Shown here: positions 1 through 10,797 of the stretch, piece by piece
Layout: the number at the start of each line of letters is the position of its first letter
Numbering within the stretch: the first letter of the stretch is position 1
Assembly: GCA_026025795.1 (NCBI GenBank)
Contig: JAPEUG010000123.1
Location: 1-40,877, forward strand
From: Thelocarpon superellum
Taxonomy: Eukaryota
Length of the DNA: 40,877 nucleotides
Direction of reading: 5' to 3'
Program-made: the position numbers and the translations under genes
Notes under the pieces: model-generated
Database searches by the model: none
Seen by the model: the letters and a program-made list of their open reading frames with translations, nothing else
Told to the model about the DNA's origin: nothing

Positions 1-2522
1 TCACGCACAGGACAATGCCTGTCTAGCCACGACCCAGAACACGCAAGAGGAGACCCTGGGCTTCGGCGCTGCTGTACACCGCCGATGCGCCCCGTGGCAC
101 AGTCCAGACAGGCGATCGAGGTGAGGAAGGCGCCGGCAGCAGGGTTCCATGGGCGTCCGTGCCGGGCGTGTGGGGCTGGTCGAGCCCGAGGCGAGATGAA
201 ATAAGCCGTCGACAAAGCTCTGGTAAGCTGTAGCAGGCCGAGTGGGCGGCCCAGGATCATCCCCACGGGCAGCGGATTGGTGCGGGAGAAGGCGTCGTAT
301 GCGGGTAAGGTCTACTCGGAGTCTGGGCCGGCCTTCGCTAGGTTATCAGGTACCCTGTACCTTTGCCCCGCGCGCCCTCGCTTCCCTGACATCCGCCATG
401 GAGCACCACATCGGCCGAGAGATGACGGCGATCCGATGGGCAATGGTTCACGAGCAGAGTGACGTCTGGATACCCAGGCGGTCGTCGCGCCTTTGCAAGC
501 GGTATCTGACGGGGACGGAGCGGCAACGAGCACGTTGCAGATGAGCGACGGCGGTCACTGCGGCATCGCGATGATCCTCGCCCCACATGGGCAGCGCACG
601 GTCACCGATCGGCTACTGGCACACCACCATGATGAGTGGCTCAAGCTCTGCGCGACCGGGCGAGAGTGGCAGAGTGGGTGGTGTTCAGTGGAGGGTTGGA
701 GGTGCATGACGAGATGCGGGTGTCCACCTCCCATCCACGCCACGACCGAGGTTGGGCGGCTGCTGCCTCGGACAGATTTGCGACGCGGTCAAAATGGGAG
801 GGGTGAAGGAACGCCTTGCCAGTGATTACGTGCTCCGTGCACCGTGCGTCCAACTGAGCGAGGATCGCCATCAAGACCCTCTCTACCATGGTGGTCGATC
901 CCTGGTTATGTGCACGCCGCCCTCTGATGGATGAGCGGACCCAGTCTTGATAATTCAATCTATTGGACATCATGCCCGGTCAACGCCGGCCACAGCCATC
1001 GTCGACGGTCGCACCACTAGGGTTGGGAGGGTCAGGATGGTGCCTGGCCAGACATTCTAGAGGCGGAACGGGTGGAGCGGGGCTGGGAAGAGAGGGGCCG
1101 GCGTGCGTGACCATCGACTTCTAGCGTGTGATGAAGAATGCGAGTGGAAGGACCGTTCGCCAAGTCCCCTCGCCCCTTTCTGCTCGCGCGTTGGCGAGTT
1201 GAAGGGCTGAAGCCAGCCGAGGGTGTTGCCATCCGTTTCCCATCTCGTTACGAGAGAACTCTGTATCAAGTCTTCCCGCGCGTATCGTCAACTCGCTACA
1301 TTCCGCCCTCGCCAGTCGCACGTCACGCACGTCCCCATCGCTACGGCTACGATAAGTCACCGATCGGTTTTGACAGCGGGGCCATGACATTCGCTTGTTG
1401 TTCCGACGCGGTCCACGTCCGTCCTCCAGGCACGAGGTGATTCTGTTGATCAAAAGTCAGATGTTGTTGACAGCATGCAGGCTGCAGAAACTAGAGATGC
1501 GACCCAAGAAGCGTCGGTCGGGTTTGTAATGCGCAAAATCTCCACGCGCTCCGTGCGCGGCTTGTGAACCAGGGATCCGGCCACATGTTGAAGCACGGTC
1601 ATGTGACTCCTTCCCTTGAACCTGATTGGGCCACGGACAGTAACACTTGGCACCCTTTCCTTCCCATCTGCACTCTCCACATCAACCCTCCAAATGGACG
1701 CGGGCTGACAAAAAGTACAGCCTTGAACGATGGGGTGCGTTCAATCGTCCTCGGTGGACTTTTGCGCGCCTAGGCTCGATCGAGACGTGAGACTCATCGG
1801 TAAGCTCAACAGCAGCGGGGTGCAATGTCTCTGTCGCAGACACCGGTACTGCACATCTCGTCCTCCCTGATCAGACTAGTACAGTTATTTAGACACGCCG
1901 CTCCTTGGCGAATCGCCTTCATGATCCAACCAACTGGTGGAATGACAACGATGATGGAATACGATGATGCACAGGGCCATCCAAACTATCCGCGACACCC
2001 TTGGTCGTTGGTACGTCGGTGGATAAAGGGCAGTGGTCAGTGCAAGGGTCGACGGCCTCGCCCAAGCGACAGTGTTGTTAGGCCACGTCAGAATGTTTCC
2101 AAAATCGGTATCCTGTTGCTTCAATCCTAGCCGGACACTCTCGGGAGGGGACTGGTATGACTACGGGTTCTAGAGGTCGACAGCCTCACCTTGGGAGGAT
2201 ATGGTAGATTGCAGGGAGTACATTGTATTGACTGACAATGGCCGGGGTGGACTAATCACCCAGAGGCGAGGTGACCTTCAAAATGATGACCGTGCCGTGC
2301 TCTTCTGTTTTCAATCTGTGTCAAATCATGTCTAGGATGGCTTCGTCCGCCATTTGGCAGACGGGCGGAGGGAGTAATATCGTGCAATAGCGTGACGGTA
2401 CCGTATACTGCTCGACTTTCTTGAGAAAATGGTATTCGACGAGATGGAGATGTTGTCGACTGGATCGTCACTGTGTGAAGGTCAAGGAAACCTGACTCGA
2501 TGTTCCCAATGAATCTGTCGAG

Positions 2523-2613
2523 TGTACGAGACAGAGATGTATTGCAAATGCTACGCGTAGCTGAGAGAGTATAAGGAGCGCACATGTGACTTAGTCACGT
2601 GTGCGCGTCCACA
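2523..2613 (+). mobile_element. 91-bp miniature non-autonomous element (TGT..ACA), diverged copy
   Basis: Starts TGTACGAG, ends TCCACA. Hand alignment gives about 70-75% identity over full length to the reverse complement of 10333..10423. Flanks CGAG/AGAG match 3/4 as a 4-bp TSD. Internal hairpin GCGCACATGTGAC-TTA-GTCACGTGTGCGC. Confidence 0.7.
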
Positions 2614-2669
2614 AGAGGAACATTTATGTACTATGGGGTTCCATGTGTCGGTTCCATTCTAGAAAATGA

Positions 2670-2840
2670 TTTGATGGGCTTTCAGATTCCGACCACACAA
2701 ATGGAAACGTCGTAGCGAGCTCGCTGGACACCGAGGTGGTGCTGATGAGATACTCCACGATAAATTCTGGCCGAGAGGGACCAAATCAGGAACCGTAGAC
2801 GATGCGTCTCGGATCAAAGACACTCAATTCAGGTAAGTAT
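2670..2840 (-). ncRNA. Candidate divergent U1-like snRNA or relic (speculative)
   Basis: Minus strand starts ATACTTACCTG at 2840, with TATAAA 37 nt upstream, hand-foldable stem-loops and ATTTGTG at 2702..2696. It lacks the AUUGCAC loop. The same bases read as a perfect CAG|GTAAGTAT donor on the plus strand. Confidence 0.2.
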
Positions 2841-4627
2841 CGATTTTGGTTCGGCAACGGTAGAGAGCGGATTTATACCTCTACACTTGCAACGCTGATA
2901 CCTCGACACGGATTTTTTGTCTACAACTACGAAACAAGATATTCGAACCATCGACAGACCTAAGAGATTGATTTCTGGAGCAAATCCTCTGTAGAGTGGC
3001 CCTATACATGCGGCTGTGACATGAGCAATGACAGCACTAGGTACAAGGAGACCCTTCGACTCGATGTAGTTGAGGTAGTCACGATCATCCATACACTGCA
3101 CCGACGTCCTGTCCCTACCCAAAGTGACGTGCCCGACATGCATGCAAAGTAGCAGCTTTCCAGTACAACAGCCCGATTCCGGGGTCTTGAAGAATTCTGC
3201 ATGCCTGCACATCCTGATGGTGACTTGTTTGCGAGGTTTGAGACACGCGTCGCCAAGATGGGGCTGTGGATGCAAATCACGAGGATCGAGCTTTGGCCGC
3301 GCATGACCACGCCATCACGCACAGCGAACGATAAAGCTGATTTAGGCCCTGCATTTGGGTTCAAGCTGTGACCCGCAGTCGTCTTCCCATCGTTGTAGGG
3401 TCAGGTGTGACATGGACTTTTGCTGCGGCTGGTTCAGAAAAGCGGTGTATCTTTTTGATATTTTAATGTTTGATTAAAAATGTCACCTCTCTGCACTATC
3501 GTCATCATTAAAATAGCCACCTCACATACTGACATGATCATGCCGAGATTCGAGCGGCCCGAGAACATAGATCTAGAAGACAAGTGCGGCAATTCCGGGA
3601 TAATCACAAAGGGACGACGGTCAGACAGTAAGACCTACCGGTGACGACCGCGGCGCAAGCGAAACTGACGCAATCACGCGTGTCGGGTGCGCGACTTAGT
3701 CCCATAACGCATGGAGATATCGTGATGCCATCCTGGTGCATAATCTCTGCGCCGCAATCTTTTCGCAATGCGTCCTACCATCCTTACTTCATCCTTGGTC
3801 GGGGGGAGGGGCGATCAGATGCTTGACGGACTCGCCATCTGTCGCTCTGCCGCTTGTGGAGGCCACGTTGGATCGCTTGAACACTGCCGGTCATGCTAGG
3901 GGGTGAAGACCTTCTACTTGGGGATTGGGGAGCTTTCCCGACATTCTGCCTTTCTCGCCTGGGTAACCGTCCAATACATGCCCTTGTATCCTCCATGCTG
4001 CAATCATATGCCGACTTGCCGTGCCTTATTTGCCAAGCTCGTTCACTCCTTTCTTAGCGGATTCATGCGGCATAATACTCATATCCGTTGCGTCTGACGG
4101 GTTAGGGCTGCTGTCAAAGCAACCCCCTACCTCGCTTTCCGACTCAAGCGAGTGACACCAATAGGCTCGATCGCCGAGGATCTCGATCGTCGCCATTGAC
4201 CCATCAACAACGTCATTGCAATCACGAGGAGAGCATCAGCATCCCGGGATAACGGCAGCGTCTATGCGTTTGCCACGGAGGGCCCCTTCTCCTATCATTC
4301 TGCCATGAATCCCGGCGTGCAGGCAGGGTTCTGCCGACGCCGCCTCGTCCTTTCTTGGGGAAACACCGTCTCATGGCCCCGCCGGTGAGATTGCGTCAAA
4401 TCACGCGCAGGCATCCGGCGATGAGATGTACGAGTAGGCCCAGGGTCCGTCGGTGAAGGTCAGGAATAACATCGGCCCATAGGGTCATGATCCTACCGGA
4501 GCGGCAGCGAAGGAACAACTCTATTGCCCCCCGTGAATCATCTCGAGCCCTCGCATGCGATACGAGGCCATGCGATGCCACGCGACGCGGAGGCGGACAG
4601 GAGGTAGTCCCAGATCTCCCAGAGTGA

Positions 4628-4832
4628 CATAAATACCTCGTCCTTGTCCGTCGGGGGACGCGTCGGTTCAAACGTCGCTCACATCCGTTCATCTCGCAGC
4701 ATCCAATCTTCATTCACCGGAATCTCTCACGTCCGGTACGCTCCCCGCGCCGTCAACCGGCAGCCTCACGTGGAATCTTCCCGCGTCTTCTCTTACGTTC
4801 CATCAAGGCTGACCCGACCCGATCATTTACAG
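4628..4832 (+). promoter_or_regulatory. TATA-like box and probable 5'UTR intron of the small peptide gene
   Basis: CATAAATA at 4628..4635. GTACGC donor at 4736, GCTGAC branch at 4808, TTACAG acceptor at 4832, the same signals as coding introns elsewhere in the window. Confidence 0.5.
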
Positions 4833-4882
4833 AGCTTTCTCTTCTCCCGAAGAATCTCCGTCCATCCATCTCCACCGCCACT

Positions 4883-5029
4883 ATGCAGTTCCAATTCTCC
4901 GCCCTGGCCGTCTTCGTCTCTCTCCTGGCCGTCGCCTTCGCTGCCCCCGCTCCCGGAGGCGGAGGCAACGAGGCTAGCTTCGCGTCGCACAAGGACTCTA
5001 GCGATGTGGGCTACGGTTCCGGCTACTAG
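4883..5029 (+). CDS. Small secreted peptide, 48 aa (MQFQFSALAVFVSLLAVAFA-APAPGGGGNEASFASHKDSSDVGYGSGY)
   Basis: Below the ORF-track length cutoff. Typical fungal signal peptide with AFA|APAP cleavage, A at -3, and strong C-ending codon bias. Confidence 0.75.
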   Translation: MQFQFSALAVFVSLLAVAFAAPAPGGGGNEASFASHKDSSDVGYGSGY

Positions 5030-5402
5030 ACCATGATCTCCCTCATGGCGAAAGCGGAGGCTGAGGTGGAGCCGGAGTTGGGCAATCCAGCTGGTCAATT
5101 ATAGAGGGGGATGTGTACTAGCTCGGAGTAGAATACATCTGTTAAGGAGCTTTCTCTTCTGACGGCCCGTTTATTGCCCCGTAGCTTTCGTCCAGGGATA
5201 CGCGGAGATCACCCTGCCATCATCCGATCGACCTATGGGATCGGTGGCCGTAAAATTGCTTTTAGATAGGTCCCTTGTCCAGTCTAAGAAGTGTGGGAGA
5301 TGGTACAAGGACGGTGCCTGGCAACGCTACAGCTTAACAAACTGTTACTTAAATCCAGCACAGCACAGCAAAGCATGAAACGGCCGTAACCTGACAATGA
5401 AG

Positions 5403-5435
5403 ACCCCCAGTGCTCTCTAACCCCCAGTGCTCTCT
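5403..5435. repeat. Tandem duplication ACCCCCAGTGCTCTCT x2
   Basis: Copies at 5403..5418 and 5420..5435. Confidence 0.85.
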
Positions 5436-5475
5436 CTCGTTTTCCCGTTACGTTTCTCGTTCGCCATGTCCCTGG

Positions 5476-7226
5476 CTATTTCTGTCCCGGGTCATCCGCA
5501 GACCACGGAGACGCATCGGGTTCTCGTCCCGGACAAGCTCGAAGACATTGTAGCAGATCTCGGGTCGGGAGTCGCGCGAACCCCTGTCCTTCATCGTCGA
5601 TGCCGATGCCCAGCAGGACGTCATCGTCGAGATAGCCCGTGTTCTTCCACATGGGCTCGTCGTCTCTTCGTCCCCACGCGTATGCGATGCTGACCGTGTA
5701 GGTAAATCGAGCCCAGAGCCCGCGCCCCTCTCGCACGGCGGCGGGTACATCCTCCCAGCCATCGGCCGCGGACCATCCAGACGCCGTTTCGTTGGCCAGC
5801 AGGATCGGGTGCTGGCTGATTCCTAGCATGCTGAAGGGCGGCGCGGCCGACCAGACCACCGCGTACCGCTCATATCGCAACGGCAGCTTGAAGGCGTCGG
5901 GATGCTTTCGATGCACGATGGCAAAGAAGACGGTGTTGTCGGCATTCGCCACACAGCTGGCGTCGGTGCGGTCACAGAGAATCAGTCGGAGCGAGTTGGT
6001 GGCCTGGTGCCAAGTGCCGCTTCTCTTCTGCACGTCTGGTTCGTCCGGCGAGGTCTCCATGAGACACGGCTTCTCCAAGGGGTCCGTAAGGTTTGTGGTC
6101 GTCAGTCCACCTCCCAGCAGCTTGGCGAATGATCGGCCACCCCGCGGCGACATCTCGTAATGCAGGTATGCCTCGTCGGGTGGAAAGAAGAGCATCCAAT
6201 TCTTCTCCACCGCCGATCGAGAGGAGGGAGGGTTCCGCGTCAGCTCGGTGAGAGACGGATAGGACATCAAGGGTCCGAGGGACGGATGAGAGGGCGACGA
6301 GGCCAACAGCTGTCGGAGTGCCGGATAGAGAGTCCGTAGGTCCGTCACCCAGAGCCCGAAGCACGCGTATCGAGACCTGGTTGCATTCGTCGTCAGTCTA
6401 GTCACCGTGCGGCCGGACAAGTTCGTCGGGCTTACTGCGTATTCACCATCATGAGCGGCTCTCCCCGCCCGCTCCAGAAGATCCTTGGATCGTGAAAGCC
6501 CGGAAGATCCACGTAGGTTCCATACTTGCCATCGCACCGCTCGGCGGGCGTCGGCGGGACGCTCAGTGTGACCAAGTCTGTCACACATCGCAACCCACCC
6601 GCGGGTCCCGTCAGCGCCAGATCCCCGACTGTGCAGAGAAGCTCGTCATCCGTCTGGGGTTCCGCGTGGGCCGGGTAGCAGACCCTGGCCTCGCACAAGA
6701 TGTTCTGTTGATAATTTCCGTCCGTGACCACGCGACTTACGAGCAGGTACTGGTTCTCCGACCACGACGGCAGCGAGATGATGGTGGGGTTCCAATATTC
6801 TCGTGCCTCATGCGTCTTTGACGAGGGCGGCACCAGGGAGATGTTCCGGATGAGCGAGGGGAGCCGGATGTGACCTGTGAATGTATTCGGGCGGGTCGGA
6901 CAGCGGAACAGCGTCTCCAGATGTGGATTGAGCACGGGCTGTGCCCAATGAGGGAGCCGACCGGTGCCATTCGGCGGCAGCGGTGCGGCTTTCGAGTAGG
7001 TATAATAAAAATTCTTCGGTGGCGAGAGGTAGCTCGAGGAGATGTTGAGCAACGGGAGGCTGGCGATCGGCACGCGGATTCCCTCGGTCGCGATGGGGCG
7101 ATGGAGATGGAGGTTCAGTTCCTCGATCGTGCTGGGCATGCGGATTCGTGACTTGTAGAAGAGTCCGAAGGTCAACAAAAGCAGGACGGGCACGAGCAGT
7201 CGACGGAGGGAGGGCACGTAGAACAT
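5476..7226 (-). CDS. Type II membrane protein, GT91 beta-mannosyltransferase/GH130-like beta-propeller, about 563 aa, 2 exons
   Basis: ORFs 6432..7226 and 5476..6588 join through intron 6435..6377 (GTAAGC..CTGAC..CAG), giving MVNTQ-SRYACFGLW. N-terminal TM anchor. Motifs HDPRIF and EKNWMLF resemble the DPR/EKNW motifs of GH130/GT91 propellers. Confidence 0.65.
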
Positions 7227-7496
7227 GGTCCGGGAAAGATGAAGAGAGATGCCTGCACGAGAGGAGGGTGACGGAGAGCGAAACAGTGAATTTCTAGCAT
7301 GTTCAAGAAAGGCGTCTCATCATATCACACGGCTTTTGCCGTTTCCATCCCACGTTATCGTTATCGTTACCGTTCCACGGACCCTTCCCTCAAACGCCGC
7401 GCTTCTCGTTAACAACGACAAGCTATCGTCCACCTGAGCAGCGAGGGGCTCCCGGTGTCTAGGGCGAAAAAATTATGTGCACAGACGGGCGCAGTC

Positions 7497-9399
7497 TCAG
7501 GACGATCCGACCGCTGGCTTTGGTCGGGCAAGTAAGGGATCAGCATCGGTCTCGGGCTGTCCTCCCCATCGAAGCTCTTCTGAATCATCGTCGTCGACGT
7601 CCTCGTCCTCATGAAGGTCGTCCTCGTCGATACTTCCATCTTCTTCATCCCCCTGCGCCCCTTCGAGCGACTCGCCCCGGATGCCGAAGCTCAGGCAGAA
7701 CCCAACCAAGGCCACCCCCCCAAAGACACCCCACGCCAGCACTTCGCCTTTGGGCCGCACCTGGGTGGACAAGGAGAACAGACCACCGCTGAGAAAGGGT
7801 CCAGCTGCGCGACCGGCGGCGGAGAGTGTCTGCGCGAGACCGTTCAACGTGCCCAGCACGTTATGGTTGGGCGCGGAGTTTGTGATCTGAAAATCCTTCT
7901 GTCAGCGGCCACGCCAGCCTGGGGAACAGTTCGTCGCTCACCAAGAGCAACGCGCTCGTCAGACCGCCCACCGTCGCCACCGTCTTGACCAGTAGCACCG
8001 CACCCAACTCCCCCCACAGCCAGATCTTCGCCTGGCCAAAGAAGACCGAGCTGTCCTTGTCGCCGACCCATGGCATAAGGAAGAAGGAGATGACAAAGCC
8101 GGCAAAGCCAACCCGATAGGTCGCTTTGTTGCCCAGCTTCTGCCGCAGGTAGCCGAAGGTAGTGAAGAATAGCGTGATGCCAATGGTGACCGCACCGGCA
8201 AAGGAAAGCGACAGCCCAATCTCCTCTGGAGAGAGCGCCCGGCCTGTGGGCGGTGGGGAGGAGGCAAAGATTGGATACAGGGAATTAAAGGAAACGTTGC
8301 AGAGTTGAAAGATCAAGTAGGTGACCAACAGGAGCATCGTGTCGCGATTGAGCACCTCCTCCGTCTTGAGCTCGGCGCTGGTATAAGGGAGTAAAGCTGG
8401 GATGGAGAGGGGGGATGACGCTTCAGTGCCGGCGTCGTCTTCGTCCTCGTCATTGGCGTTATCATCGTCATCATCGTCCTCACTTCCGTCACGGAGATGA
8501 TTGGAATGAACGGGCGCGCCGTTGCCCCGACGTCGATGGTCGGGCGCGTGCAGGCGTAGGTAGCTCGGTCGACTAGAGCTAGTGAATTGCCAGAGCCAGG
8601 CCATCAAGTTCTCCACGCGTTTCCCCAACGGCGGTAGTTCTCGAGCCTCTTCCAAGCTCTCCTCAAGAAAGAGCATGACGATGATCAAATCCAACACTAG
8701 CACGCCGGCGGAAAAGAGGTTGGGAGCGAGATAGGGATATGCGCTTCGCGGAGTCATCCTCGACACGAGGAGGCCGCCCACGGCGGGCCCTGTGATGCCA
8801 CCCAGACCATAGACGATGGGAAGGTAGAGGAAGGCTTTGGACTGGTTACTCCGGTCGGTGATCTCTCCCAAGCACGTCGACACGATGCCTTGATTGCCGT
8901 TGACGGCACCCATGAGCACCTGCACCAGGACCGCTTGCCATAAGGTGCGGCAAAAGCCAAAGGCGACGAAGCATGCGGCCGTCAGCAGCGTTCCGAGCAG
9001 AATGATCGGCTTCCTTCCGATGCGATCAGATGACCAGCCCCAGAAGAAGTTGGTGGCGAATTGTGCGAGGGCGAAGGAAGACGCGATGAGGCCCACGTAG
9101 AGCCCGACCTTGGACTGATCCACCTCGGGGAAGCTCGACGCCATCTCAGGGAGATAAGGGCTGATGGAATTGAAGGCGGTCTGCTCAGCGAGGGCGATGA
9201 GCGCAAGCACGACCAGCTGTTTGACAGGCAGCGGCGAGGAACCCGACGAGCCATGGTGGGAAGAGGAGAAGGGGTGGGAGCTGTGAGGACCATCATGGCC
9301 CGGGAGGAGAGGGGATGACGAGGGGGTGGGGCCACGGGACGTCGGAGGCTTTCCCGGAAAGGTTTGGTAGTGGAGAGTGGAAGATTTGCGGCGCTCCAT
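7497..9399 (-). CDS. MFS transporter (YCR023C/ZIFL-like, DHA1-related), about 615 aa, 2 exons
   Basis: MFS motif A WGWSSDRIGRKP, multiple TM helices, acidic central loop. Intron 7941..7887 (GTGAGC..CTGAC..CAG) joins SALLL-ITNSAPNHNVLGTLNG. Confidence 0.9.
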
Positions 9400-9823
9400 C
9401 GCGGGCGATGCGTCACCGTCCAGGCCCGCCCAACGGCCGCGACAGAACGCTGGGGAGACCTGATACGTTCATGCGCGATACCGGGTGATTATGCAGGAGT
9501 GGCAAGAGTGTAGACGCAATCACTCGTGCGCTGTCTCGAGAGGCCAGTGGGCCACGCCTTTGAAGATGAGAGGGGTCTTGACCCACTCACGGAGCCGGAT
9601 GCGTTGGATCCATCCCGCCGGCGGCCGGTGTCAGGTAGCGTAGTACACGATCGCCGGTCTTTCGGCGGGTCAGAAGCGACCGACAGGCTACAAGCGAGTG
9701 GCTAGTAATGGAACGAATGGGACAGGGCAGCGGAGAGACGAAACACACGATGTTTACGCGGCCAGCGTGGGGTGACTGATCGTGCCCATAGTGGCCCATG
9801 TCGAGTCATCACAGTACGAGCCA

Positions 9824-9848
9824 AGGCGGATCTGATAAGATCCCGCCT
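9824..9848. promoter_or_regulatory. GATA-centred near-palindrome containing ATCTGATAA (SreA-type consensus ATCWGATAA)
   Basis: AGGCGGATCT-GATA-AGATCCCGCCT about 430 bp upstream of the MFS start; ATCTGATAA at 9830..9838. Confidence 0.35.
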
Positions 9849-10150
9849 CGCATATTGATCTCGTCAGCGGAAGTGATGCACATTACCTAATGACTATGGC
9901 TTCTTTTTCCGCTCTGGATTGGCGCGTTGTTGTCGGATGCTACATGTGACGATCCTCTCTACACGGTTGATTATTGATTACGAAGACGAGCACGATTACT
10001 GATTTCACCCACTGCTGTGACGATGCTAGTTCCTCTCATTGAATCATCCTACCAAGCTCCTGACTTGAACTCGGAGTGATCGGTCGTGGTTCGTCACGTG
10101 AGTTTGCACCAAACGGCCTTCTTGAAGCCTGCTAAGCACTTAATCGCTTG

Positions 10151-10495
10151 TGTAGGAATCAGAGCTGAATTGTGACTTATATCCACGCGTAGCTAGGAAA
10201 GCATACAGCAGGTTGGAAGATGACATAAGCAGTGGTTGATTTGATAACAGGAGAGCACAGCGGAAATGCCGGCTTGCAGGTTCCTATATAATTAGAATGG
10301 GGAGACCCAAGCAGAATTTTGATAGTTAGCTGTGTAGGAGCGTGCACGTGATCTGGTCACGTGCCCACTCCTATTACTATCCCAGACTACGCATAGATTA
10401 GCAATTCAGCTCTGATTCCTACAGCTGTATACTATCTGATTCCTGCCCGCGCAACGCAGCGGCGCTCGTGACTGAATCACGTGCGCACCCCTACA
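10151..10495 (+). mobile_element. Outer miniature element (about 250 bp plus nested insert), TGTAGG..CCTACA
   Basis: 5' end TGTAGGAATCAGAGCTGAATTG is the exact 22-bp reverse complement of 10402..10423. The 3' end carries the same CGTGA-N5-TCACGTG hairpin and ends CCCCTACA. Flanks CTTG/CCTG match 3/4. Confidence 0.65.
10333..10423 (-). mobile_element. 91-bp MITE-like element nested in the outer copy, perfect 4-bp TSD GCTG
   Basis: TGTAGGA..TCCTACA 7-bp terminal inverted repeats; GCTG at 10329..10332 and 10424..10427; homologous to 2523..2613. Confidence 0.8.
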
Positions 10496-10797
10496 CCTGC
10501 CGTAAGCTATCTCCACTCTTCCACATCCGCATTGCTTACCATTTGACCAACACAACCCAATCCCCTCGCTCTTATGCCTGAACGTCGGAGGCGTGCTTTT
10601 GAAGATCATGTGTTCGTCTGCTCGCATGAGTCTGGAAGGCTCTTCAGAATGGATCGTGGCGACGTTGACATTATTGCTGCAAGCTACTTTGATTTCCGTT
10701 TTCGTCCATTCGATCGACGACTCATTCTCAACCAGACCAGGCCTCTGTCGAGATTCTGTTGGGAGATAGTTAGTCGGCTGGTCTAGTTCAATGACAG

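Noticed and set aside
4099..4107. GGGTTAGGG telomere-like motif
   Set aside because: Single unit, expected by chance.
1..4600. Many 60-150 aa ORFs on both strands
   Set aside because: No recognisable motifs, codon bias or consistent splice model; treated as intergenic or decayed sequence.
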